Source: Candidatus Moraniibacteriota bacterium (GTDB taxonomy: Bacteria; Patescibacteriota; Minisyncoccia; Moranbacterales; UBA1568). Taken from it: DNA of 41,894 bases. The position numbers were made by a program, and so were the translations under genes. Positions within the stretch are counted from its first letter, which is position 1, and each line of letters opens with the position of its first letter. Positions 24,998 to 32,810 of this stretch are shown in pieces. The notes beneath the pieces are model-generated. The model saw nothing but the letters and a program-made list of their open reading frames with translations. It was not told the origin of the DNA and did no database searches. The stretch covers positions 1 to 41,894 of the forward strand of contig JBAWZR010000002.1 in the NCBI GenBank assembly GCA_037142915.1, read 5' to 3'.

Positions 24998-26152
24998 ATG
25001 CGTATAGGAATAGACTTGAGGAATGTCGGGAAACAACGAACGGGAGATGAGGCTGTGTTTTTTCACCTGACTCGGGGTTTGGCGCGACTCAATCCGACCG
25101 AGCATGAGTTTCGGTTGTTCGTCGATAATCGTACTGAGGAAGAACTCCAGATATTGAGAGCGCGATTGGAAATTGTCGGTAAGGAAAATTGGTCTTTTGT
25201 GAATCTAGAGACGAGCGGACGGTTTCATTGGAATGCTATCGCTTTGCCTCGGGCGTTGCGGGCAGAGCATCTCGATGTGTACCACACACAATATATTACG
25301 CCGTTTTTCGTGCCGAAGGAGATAGCGATTGTAACGCATATCCACGATGTGTCGTTCGCCCTCTATCCGGAGCATATCCAGTGGAAGGATCGTTTATTTC
25401 TCTCTTTGTTGATTCCTCGGAGTCTGCGGGCGGCTCGCAAGATTATCGCCGTGTCGGAATTTACCAAACGGGAAATTGTGGAGTGTTACGGTATCGCGGA
25501 GGAGAAGATTGCCGTGGTATACAATGCGGTGGGGGATGATTTCTTATCACTGAATACTAATACCGAGGACTTGGAGCGGGTGCGAACGAAATATCATCTG
25601 CCAGCGCAATTCGCGGTCTGTGTTGGGACACTGCAACCACGCAAAAACATTCCGGCTTTTTTGCGAGCCTTCGCGCGACTGCGGGAGCGATTGCCCAATG
25701 CGAAGGTGGTGCTGGTTGGCAGTCGTACCGCACATAATGTCGATACGGAGATTGATCAGGTGATCACTGAAGAGCACCTCGAACAAACAGTGATTTTTCC
25801 TGGCTTCATAGAGCAAGTTGATCTACCGAGTGTGATCGGGCTGTCCGAGATGCTCGTCTTTCCATCCTTGTATGAGGGGTTCGGCATCCCGGTGCTCGAG
25901 GCGATGAGTCAGGGCGTTTCGGTCGTTTCGGCGGATATTCCCAGCCTGAACGAAGTGGCTGGCGGGGCTTCGATACGGGTTAACACTGCTGATACGGAAG
26001 CATTTACACATATACTGCAACGAGTCTTTACGGATGAACCGCTTCGTGATACTCTACGAGAGAAAGGTTTTTCCCAGATACAAGAATTTTCGTGGGAAAA
26101 AAATGCTCGGCAATTACTTGCTGTGTATGAGTCTTGTTTGCTTATACAATAA
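24998..26152 (+). CDS. Glycosyltransferase, GT4 family
   Basis: 384-aa paralogue-like of 22209-23360 (MRIGIDLRNV..., FPSLYEGFGIPVLEAM). Confidence 0.9.
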   Translation: MRIGIDLRNVGKQRTGDEAVFFHLTRGLARLNPTEHEFRLFVDNRTEEELQILRARLEIVGKENWSFVNLETSGRFHWNAIALPRALRAEHLDVYHTQYITPFFVPKEIAIVTHIHDVSFALYPEHIQWKDRLFLSLLIPRSLRAARKIIAVSEFTKREIVECYGIAEEKIAVVYNAVGDDFLSLNTNTEDLERVRTKYHLPAQFAVCVGTLQPRKNIPAFLRAFARLRERLPNAKVVLVGSRTAHNVDTEIDQVITEEHLEQTVIFPGFIEQVDLPSVIGLSEMLVFPSLYEGFGIPVLEAMSQGVSVVSADIPSLNEVAGGASIRVNTADTEAFTHILQRVFTDEPLRDTLREKGFSQIQEFSWEKNARQLLAVYESCLLIQ

Positions 26153-26185
26153 AGTATTCCCAGTTAATATTTGAATATTCAATAT

Positions 26186-27424
26186 ATGTTGCAAGAATTG
26201 CCACCCTCACTTTCTTCTATGGGACGCTCGCGTTTAACTGGTTCTGGTGCGCCTCAGAATAAAAAACCGTCACCGAAAAAATTTAGTCGCGGGAAAAAGA
26301 TAGCTTTGGGAATAGTCACCGTGCTCCTTATTGTGGGCGGGCTTGCGTTTTGGAAAGCGGATTCAGTCATCAAAAAGATCTCCCCGAATGGTGGTTTGTT
26401 TTCCAGCTTGGTTCATTCGTTACCGGGTGTGAGCTCGACGCTCCAAGGTGAATCCGATGGTCGGATCAATATCCTCTTGTTGGCGATGCGCGGTGAAGGC
26501 GTGGAGGGTGGAGGCACGCTGGCCGATACGATCGAGGTACTTAGCTTGCATATCGCCAAAGATTCCAATGACACGAGTCGGGCATCGTTAGTTTCGATTC
26601 CGCGTGACTTGTATGTCAGTGTCCCAGGGAAAGACGAAAAGAGGAAGATCAATGCGGTGTATGCTTTGGGGAATGAGCGCGATGCCAAGCGCGGTGGTAT
26701 GGACGATATGAGGAAGGTCGTCGGTGATGTGACTGGTCTGCCAATCCAGTATGCCGTAGTGATTAACTATCAAGGATTTACCGATCTTGTGAATGCTTTG
26801 GGCGGGATCAATGTGCATCTTGATGCCGCGTTTGATGAGAATGTGCAATTCCAGCAGGCGCAGGTCTGCGACCCGTATGTTTTTACTGTTCCGACGAACC
26901 CGGTTCAGTATGAGACGAAGTACGGTACTCGTCCGAGTGGTCGGAAGTATATTTCTAAACAATATCCGCTTTGTTACAATAAAGATGAGGAATGCGGAGG
27001 AAACTTTGCCTTGCCGGCCGGAGACAATCACTTGGATGGTATCGGTGCACTCTGTTTTGCTCGGGCACGATACACCACGACTGACTTCGATCGGGCGCGT
27101 CGACAGCAGGAAGTGATCCAATCAGTGCGGCAAAAAGCGACGAGTCTTGGGACGCTTACCGATATTTCGACAGTTAACAAAATGCTGGGTGCTTTGGGAA
27201 ATAACCTGAAGACGGATCTCGAACCGTGGGAGATGGAACGATTTTTCGAGCTATACAAGAACAAGTTCTCAGCAGTCACTCCGAAAACTGCAGTGATTGA
27301 TGATTCGAGTTCACCTACCGGATTTCTGTATGCGCCTGCAATGACTCCGGAAACCGGTTATATTCTGCTTCCGAAGGGTGATACTTATGATCAGATCAAA
27401 GCGTATTTCCAAAAGATACCGTAA
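26186..27424 (+). CDS. LytR-CpsA-Psr (LCP) family glycopolymer transferase
   Basis: I prefer the ATG at 26186 to the TTG at 26171. The ORF has a TM anchor, then INILLLAMRGEG...TLADTIEVLSL...VSIPRDLYV...KINAVYALG...GGINV, the ordered LCP motifs. Confidence 0.85.
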   Translation: MLQELPPSLSSMGRSRLTGSGAPQNKKPSPKKFSRGKKIALGIVTVLLIVGGLAFWKADSVIKKISPNGGLFSSLVHSLPGVSSTLQGESDGRINILLLAMRGEGVEGGGTLADTIEVLSLHIAKDSNDTSRASLVSIPRDLYVSVPGKDEKRKINAVYALGNERDAKRGGMDDMRKVVGDVTGLPIQYAVVINYQGFTDLVNALGGINVHLDAAFDENVQFQQAQVCDPYVFTVPTNPVQYETKYGTRPSGRKYISKQYPLCYNKDEECGGNFALPAGDNHLDGIGALCFARARYTTTDFDRARRQQEVIQSVRQKATSLGTLTDISTVNKMLGALGNNLKTDLEPWEMERFFELYKNKFSAVTPKTAVIDDSSSPTGFLYAPAMTPETGYILLPKGDTYDQIKAYFQKIP

Positions 27425-27432
27425 GGGTTTTT

Positions 27433-27457
27433 GTAGAGACGCAAGATTTTGCGTCTC
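27433..27457. repeat. Palindromic repeat copy 3 (GTA-GAGACGCAAGATTTTGCGTCTC); probable terminator hairpin
   Basis: The stem is 9 bp (GAGACGCAA/TTGCGTCTC) with loop GATT. It lies 9 nt after the LCP stop, followed by a T-rich tract. Confidence 0.8.
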
Positions 27458-27478
27458 ATGATGGTTTTCTTTCAACAC

Positions 27479-27505
27479 AGAGACGCAAGATTTTGCGTCT
27501 CTACC
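27479..27505. repeat. Palindromic repeat copy 4 (AGAGACGCAAGATTTTGCGTCTCT-AC)
   Basis: This second tandem copy lies 21 nt after copy 3 and immediately upstream of the GT2 start. Confidence 0.8.
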
Positions 27506-27522
27506 CGATACAAGAATATTCT

Positions 27523-28359
27523 ATGTCTTCATCCGAAAAGTTACCCGAAATTTCTTTGATCGTTGCCTCGTATAAGCATCCTGAGACACTTCGATTGTGT
27601 TTGAATTCCTTGCGGGCAAGTTTGGTGAACGCAGCGTTCAATTATGAGATTCTTGTTGCTGACAGTGCTACAGAGATACCAACCAAGGATATGATGGCCA
27701 AGGATTTTCCTGAGATCTCGTTTTTCCCTTTTGAAAACAATGTCGGATTTCAGCGTATCGTCCGAGAGGGTTTGGAACACGCCCGAGGAGAATATCTGTT
27801 CGTGCTCAATTATGATATCGTTGCGCCGAATGATTCGATTGAAAAACTGCTCGCTTACCTCAAGTCGCATCCTGACGTAGGTATAGTCGGACCGAAGTTA
27901 CTTAATTTTAACGGGTCGATGCAACCGTCGGCATTCCGTTTTTATCGTCCATGGACGATACTCTATCGCCGTACATTTTTCGGTAAGTTTCCCTTCGCCA
28001 AAAAACATCTGAGCTGGTTTTTGATGGAAGATTTCGATCATGAGCATCCACAGGAAGTCGATTGGATTATGGGATCGGCGCTCTTGGTGCGGCGTGAGGC
28101 ATATGCAAAAGTTGGACCGATGGATACCCGATTCTTCATGTATATGGAGGATGTTGATTGGTGTCGGCGGTTTTGGGAGGCGGGATACAAGGTGGTATAT
28201 TACCCACAAGCGACACTGTTTCACTACCATGGCAAGGGGAGTGCCAAGGGGGGATTTCTCCGGTCGCTTTTGTTCAATCGTCTCACGTGGTATCACATCG
28301 CCAGTGCGTGGAAATATTTTTGGAAATACGCCGGTAAAAAAGTTCCCGAACATCAATAA
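27523..28359 (+). CDS. Glycosyltransferase, GT2 family (rhamnosyltransferase/WbbL-like)
   Basis: I chose the start at ATG 27523; the track TTG at 27493 lies inside repeat copy 4. The ORF shows ISLIVASYKHPETL, LVADSATE, DWIMGSALLVRREA and FFMYMEDVDWCRR. Confidence 0.85.
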   Translation: MSSSEKLPEISLIVASYKHPETLRLCLNSLRASLVNAAFNYEILVADSATEIPTKDMMAKDFPEISFFPFENNVGFQRIVREGLEHARGEYLFVLNYDIVAPNDSIEKLLAYLKSHPDVGIVGPKLLNFNGSMQPSAFRFYRPWTILYRRTFFGKFPFAKKHLSWFLMEDFDHEHPQEVDWIMGSALLVRREAYAKVGPMDTRFFMYMEDVDWCRRFWEAGYKVVYYPQATLFHYHGKGSAKGGFLRSLLFNRLTWYHIASAWKYFWKYAGKKVPEHQ

Positions 28360-28367
28360 CAAATACT

Positions 28368-29681
28368 ATGGAAACAATCGAGACGCAAGAGCCTGTTCAA
28401 GAAGTATCTGTATCGCCAGCGAAAAAAAAATCTTTTTGGGAAGTTTTGTCAGTGACGCATTGGGTGTTTATCCTCGTTCTTGCAACGGGAATGTTCGGTC
28501 TGGGATGGCAACAGGCGAATCATTCCTCCTCGCGTGGTACTGTGACGGAGGCCCCGATCCCACTTCAAAAAGCAATCATCCAAAACACACAGACGCCTCA
28601 GGATGTGACGGTCGATTTTGGGCTTTTTTGGAAGGTTTGGAATCTGGTGCGAGAAAAGCATATCAATCGCGTTGATCTCGATGCAAATAAAATGCTCTAT
28701 GGAGCGATAAATGGTATGTTGGCTGCATCTGGCGATCCCTATACGAATTTTTTTGATCCGGAAGAGAATAAACAATTTACGGAAATGATAGACCAAACTT
28801 TTGATGGAATTGGCGCGGAAATGGGTATGAAGGAGAGAGTTCTCATTATCGTCGCACCTCTGGATGATTCGCCAGCTCAAAAAGCAGGGCTTATGGCTGG
28901 CGATGCCGTGCTTAAGATTGACGGTACGGATACGAGTTCGTTGACGCTTGATGAAGATGTGGCGAAAATCCGTGGCGCGAAGGGAACCGATGTCAAGTTG
29001 ACGATTTTTCGAGCTGGTGACAATGAGACCAAGGATATTGTCGTAAAACGCGATAAAATCCAAGTTAAAAGCGTGAAGTTTGAAATGAAATCCGATGGTA
29101 TTGCCTGGATTCGTATCAGTCAATTCGGTGAACAGACAACGACAGAATTTGCCGCTGCTGCCAAACAGGCGATGAACCAAAACGCAAAGGCAGTTATCGT
29201 CGATGTGCGCAATGATCCGGGGGGGTTGCTCATTTCAGCCGTCGATATCGCGGGATATTTTTTGCCCAACAAAAGCCCGGTCGTCATCGAGGAGAATTCT
29301 GCTGGAAAACGCGATACGCTCAATTCGTCAGGTAATCCGCCATTTGGTTCTCTGCCGGTCGTCGTCCTAATCGATGGTGGTAGTGCGAGTGCGTCGGAAA
29401 TCCTCGCCGGAGCACTTAAAGATGATGCGAGCGATCGTGTGACATTGGTTGGAATGAAGTCCTTCGGAAAGGGTTCGGTACAGGAGCGAATTCCCGTCAC
29501 GAGTGATACCTCGGTCAAGATCACCGTGGCGCATTGGCTCACACCTTCCGGAAAACAGATCAATAAACTCGGCATTACGCCTGATGTCGAAGTACCGATC
29601 ACTTCCGACGACATAACCAACAAAAAAGATCCTCAACTTGCCAAAGCCATCGAAATCCTCACAGGGAAAATTGGAAAGTAA
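28368..29681 (+). CDS. ctpA: S41 family C-terminal processing peptidase with PDZ domain
   Basis: The ORF has a TM anchor and a PDZ domain (GIGAEM...PLDDSPAQKAGLMAGDAVLKIDG). The catalytic region reads DVRNDPGGLL...IDGGSASASEILAGALKD...GKGSVQ. Confidence 0.9.
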   Translation: METIETQEPVQEVSVSPAKKKSFWEVLSVTHWVFILVLATGMFGLGWQQANHSSSRGTVTEAPIPLQKAIIQNTQTPQDVTVDFGLFWKVWNLVREKHINRVDLDANKMLYGAINGMLAASGDPYTNFFDPEENKQFTEMIDQTFDGIGAEMGMKERVLIIVAPLDDSPAQKAGLMAGDAVLKIDGTDTSSLTLDEDVAKIRGAKGTDVKLTIFRAGDNETKDIVVKRDKIQVKSVKFEMKSDGIAWIRISQFGEQTTTEFAAAAKQAMNQNAKAVIVDVRNDPGGLLISAVDIAGYFLPNKSPVVIEENSAGKRDTLNSSGNPPFGSLPVVVLIDGGSASASEILAGALKDDASDRVTLVGMKSFGKGSVQERIPVTSDTSVKITVAHWLTPSGKQINKLGITPDVEVPITSDDITNKKDPQLAKAIEILTGKIGK

Positions 29682-29709
29682 AAGATACGGTCTCCTGATA
29701 GATTTTTTT

Positions 29710-29740
29710 TCAAAAAGAGTTTTTTCATGCTATACTGAAA
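29710..29740 (+). promoter_or_regulatory. Conserved 31-nt promoter block TCAAAAAGAGTTTTTTCATGCTATACTGAAA
   Basis: The extended -10 is TGcTATACT (-10 at 29731-29736). The block is 28/31 identical to 32721-32751. Confidence 0.5.
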
Positions 29741-29790
29741 TCAGTAGGGGAATTGGTTTTATATAAAAATAAATATTAAAAATAATCGTT

Positions 29791-29853
29791 ATGCAATACT
29801 TGCGGATCGTTGGCGGATTCTCGTTGAGCTTTTTGAGTATTTTTTTGTACTGA
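29791..29853 (+). other. 20-codon ORF encoding an orphan Sec-type signal-peptide start, out of frame with the downstream 931-aa ORF
   Basis: MQYLRIVGGFSLSFLSIFLY* ends just after a T7 run (29840-29846). One additional T would fuse it to the long ORF. Confidence 0.6.
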
Positions 29854-29861
29854 CTTCTCCG

Positions 29862-32657
29862 GTGTCGGCAGCTGCCACGACGGATACATCTGCACCGGTT
29901 CCTGCGTCCAATCAATCTGTTCCTCTAGCCGGTACTGTCAATTGTTTTGACTATTACCATTTCGGTTCCGCTCAAGCCGATATCAGTACCAATTTGGCCT
30001 CGACCGTTTCGGGTGCGACATTGGGATTTACTGGGACGCTTTCCAATGACAACTCCTATCCGTTGGTGGACACTTCGGTCTATGTGAAGATTTTCCGCAA
30101 ACAGACGAATGAAACCGTATGGCATCAGAACGGGCATATTTTAGTCGATCAATTTTTCGCAGCAGAGCATATCGATCTGTCGGCCAAGGGGCAGAAGCCG
30201 TTCACTTTCACTTGGAAAGTTCCATCCTATGCCCTCTCCGGAGATTACTTCGCCACCACGTATGTAGTGACACAGAAGAAATTCAATTTCTTGGGACTTA
30301 CCTTCACCAATGATGTTAACGGTAATGTTGCTAATTTTAGTGTAATTGGCGAACAGACGACGAGTGTGTCAATCGACCCAAATACCCTCATGGTCGGCAA
30401 CGAGAAGAGTAGTCCAGTTCAGCCTGCAGTTTCGACGGATGCTACAACACCTGTTATTTTGGGAGCGAATGTTATTAACACTACTACTCAGGTACAGATA
30501 GTACCAGTTACTTGGACCGTGTATCATTGGGATGGTGTGGGTGAGGGTAATCAGATCGATCAGCGTACTGAGAAGATCTCTCTTAACCCCAAAGAAACGA
30601 AGCATGTCACCTACACTGTGGCTGATACCAAATACCCAGTCTATTTTTCTACACTTAAGGTTGTTTACCAGGATACTTCATCTATCGTTTCATTGCGCTT
30701 TGCACGCGATGGTATCGATCGGACCCGGATCAATTTCCCAGCTGTTACTAGCTATCCATTGGAAGCTGGTAAAACCGCCACCCTATTCTCTTGTCTACAC
30801 AATACATCGAATAGCGCCTCTGTTCAGAATGGTAAACTTAACCTCACAGTTACGGACAGCTCGGGAACAGTAATCGACTCATATGAATATACGGGTGATG
30901 TGACTGGGGCGATGATGGGAGTCAAACATGACTTCACGCCGAAGGAAACACTCGGTACATTTGATGTGAATGCTAAGCTATATCAAGATGGAAAGCTCGT
31001 AGATGAGTCGACGATGCACTATGACTGCACCACCCTAGGAGGAGTGTGTCCTCCAGCCAGTGCGACAACATTTCTCAAGACAATATCATCCAAGACCTTA
31101 CTTCTGACACTTTTATTGCTAACCATTATGTTGGGACTGATTTGGCGGATAGTACGGTCCAAGAAGTCTTCACAGCGATTGAGAGTTTGGTTTCTCGCTC
31201 TCCTGGTCGGCGTGGCGTGGCTCGTGACCGGCACCGGTGTACAGGCGGCCAGTGTGGTAGTGAAGGGAAGTGATATTCGTGATTCTGTAGATATCGACGG
31301 ATCTGGCGGGTATTGCAGTGCCAGTAGAACCTTGATCACCGCTACTTCCTCCGTTACCTACACGGCTAATGCCACGATTAACAATAGTCCGGCACCAGCT
31401 GTGTTCCCCGTCGGCACCACGGTTGTTTTTACACCGAAGTTGGGTGATATTTCTTGGTTTGCCAGTGGCAATAACTTCGATAGCCCCTATGGATTTTGGA
31501 AAGCAAATGCAGGAATGCTTCGTTTTCAGCAGTCGGTTATGCTATGGGTAGGCTGTAGCGGCGGTCAGAATTCTGGAACTTTAACGGGTTTACTCAGTGT
31601 TAATCCAGCTACTTTTACCTTTACACATACGGGAAGTACAGCGAGTCTCGATTGTTCGGTGGCCAAGGGTAAAGAAACCTGTACGATAACATCGGCGGGG
31701 AGTGTAATGACCCAAGTACATTTTAGTAATACCTATGGCAAGCTGTATACTTTCAATAGACGTTCAGAAACGCCAACCACTCCACCTTCTCTGAATACTG
31801 TTTACTCTGCTGCTGAAATAGGCCTCTCTTTTATTGCTAGTAATCCAAATAACCCTCCAGTGGCACCAGTCGTTACTGATACCAATACGATTGATAGCCA
31901 ACATGGACAGGGATCCATAAATGATCCGTTTACTATAAGTGCCGTTTCGACTGATCCGGAAGAGGATATGCTGCGGTATGGTTTTGACTGGAATATAGAT
32001 GGTGCGGTGGATGAATGGGTACCTGTGTCAGGCTATGTCGCCTCCGGTAGGAGCAGTTCGCTCAGTCACACTTGGACTACGGAGGGTACGAAACTATTCC
32101 AGGTTTTAGCACAGGATAAAAATGGGGGCTCATCGGGTTTCACTCAACATACGATTACTATCGCCCAGAAAATTAAGATCTGCCAAAATGCTTGCAATAG
32201 TGGTTTCGCTCCGGTCATACCTGTCGGACAGACGACAGGTACCATCTCGAATCTGACTAGCCCAGTCAAACTCGTTGCCTGCGCGAATAGTGATGCAGCT
32301 TGTGGAAATAGCGCCAATACTCTGACGAATAGCACGGTCACTTGGTCAGTCATCAATAACCCTTCCGGTAAAGTCACCGTTAATCCGACCAATTCGGTAA
32401 GTACGACTGTCTCTCAGAATACCGGAGGGAAAGCGGATAGCGCCACGGTTCATATTGCTTTCCCGTCCACTACCTATGCGCCGCGAGATATTAATGCGGT
32501 AGTGCCGTGTACGCCCAATTGCAAGTTCGACAGTGATCCCAGTACGAAATGTCAAGATGTGGTCATCCATGGTACGGATTTGAATCATTGCGGTGGATCA
32601 TGTCAGGCAACTGGCACCAAGGCCTGCGATTCCAATTGGAATGAGGTAGCGCCGTAA
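29862..32657 (+). CDS. Large envelope protein with two extracytoplasmic domains joined by a TM hairpin; PKD-like and Cys-rich C-terminal regions
   Basis: 931-codon ORF as tracked, with a GTG start. The central segments LLLTLLLLTIMLGLIWRIV-RSKKSSQRLR-VWFLALLVGVAWLVTG form a hairpin. DPEEDMLRYGFDWNIDGAVDEW...HTWTTEGTKLFQVLAQDKNGG resembles a PKD domain. The true N-terminus is probably at 29791 via a frameshift. Confidence 0.8.
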   Translation: MSAAATTDTSAPVPASNQSVPLAGTVNCFDYYHFGSAQADISTNLASTVSGATLGFTGTLSNDNSYPLVDTSVYVKIFRKQTNETVWHQNGHILVDQFFAAEHIDLSAKGQKPFTFTWKVPSYALSGDYFATTYVVTQKKFNFLGLTFTNDVNGNVANFSVIGEQTTSVSIDPNTLMVGNEKSSPVQPAVSTDATTPVILGANVINTTTQVQIVPVTWTVYHWDGVGEGNQIDQRTEKISLNPKETKHVTYTVADTKYPVYFSTLKVVYQDTSSIVSLRFARDGIDRTRINFPAVTSYPLEAGKTATLFSCLHNTSNSASVQNGKLNLTVTDSSGTVIDSYEYTGDVTGAMMGVKHDFTPKETLGTFDVNAKLYQDGKLVDESTMHYDCTTLGGVCPPASATTFLKTISSKTLLLTLLLLTIMLGLIWRIVRSKKSSQRLRVWFLALLVGVAWLVTGTGVQAASVVVKGSDIRDSVDIDGSGGYCSASRTLITATSSVTYTANATINNSPAPAVFPVGTTVVFTPKLGDISWFASGNNFDSPYGFWKANAGMLRFQQSVMLWVGCSGGQNSGTLTGLLSVNPATFTFTHTGSTASLDCSVAKGKETCTITSAGSVMTQVHFSNTYGKLYTFNRRSETPTTPPSLNTVYSAAEIGLSFIASNPNNPPVAPVVTDTNTIDSQHGQGSINDPFTISAVSTDPEEDMLRYGFDWNIDGAVDEWVPVSGYVASGRSSSLSHTWTTEGTKLFQVLAQDKNGGSSGFTQHTITIAQKIKICQNACNSGFAPVIPVGQTTGTISNLTSPVKLVACANSDAACGNSANTLTNSTVTWSVINNPSGKVTVNPTNSVSTTVSQNTGGKADSATVHIAFPSTTYAPRDINAVVPCTPNCKFDSDPSTKCQDVVIHGTDLNHCGGSCQATGTKACDSNWNEVAP

Positions 32658-32674
32658 GCTCGCCAAAATCGAAG

Positions 32675-32703
32675 AAACCGAGTCTTACGAACTCGGTTTT
32701 TTT
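32675..32703 (+). terminator. Intrinsic terminator
   Basis: AAACCGAGT-cttacga-ACTCGGTTT has a 9-bp perfect stem and is followed by TTTTT. Confidence 0.8.
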
Positions 32704-32720
32704 GTGGGAATGAAATTTTC

Positions 32721-32751
32721 TCAAAAAGAGTTTTTTCGTGGTATACTGGAA
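32721..32751 (+). promoter_or_regulatory. Conserved 31-nt promoter block TCAAAAAGAGTTTTTTCGTGGTATACTGGAA
   Basis: The extended -10 is TGgTATACT (-10 at 32742-32747). It is paralogous to 29710-29740, and a shared CAGTAG(G/T)GG follows both. Confidence 0.5.
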
Positions 32752-32810
32752 GGGACAGTAGTGGTCTTTAGGGTTTCAAAAAAAATACACAAGTTGAGAA
32801 TATTTTTCCT

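Noticed and set aside
13001-27505. CRISPR array formed by the four GAGACGCAAG-type repeats.
   Set aside because: The repeats are strongly palindromic. Two lie inside a CDS, spacing is irregular (184 nt, then 14 kb, then 21 nt), and no cas genes are present.
28040-28675. 211-aa + strand ORF bridging the GT2 and ctpA genes.
   Set aside because: It is an alternative frame overlapping two motif-supported genes. Its Arg/Trp/Cys-rich translation has no recognisable features.
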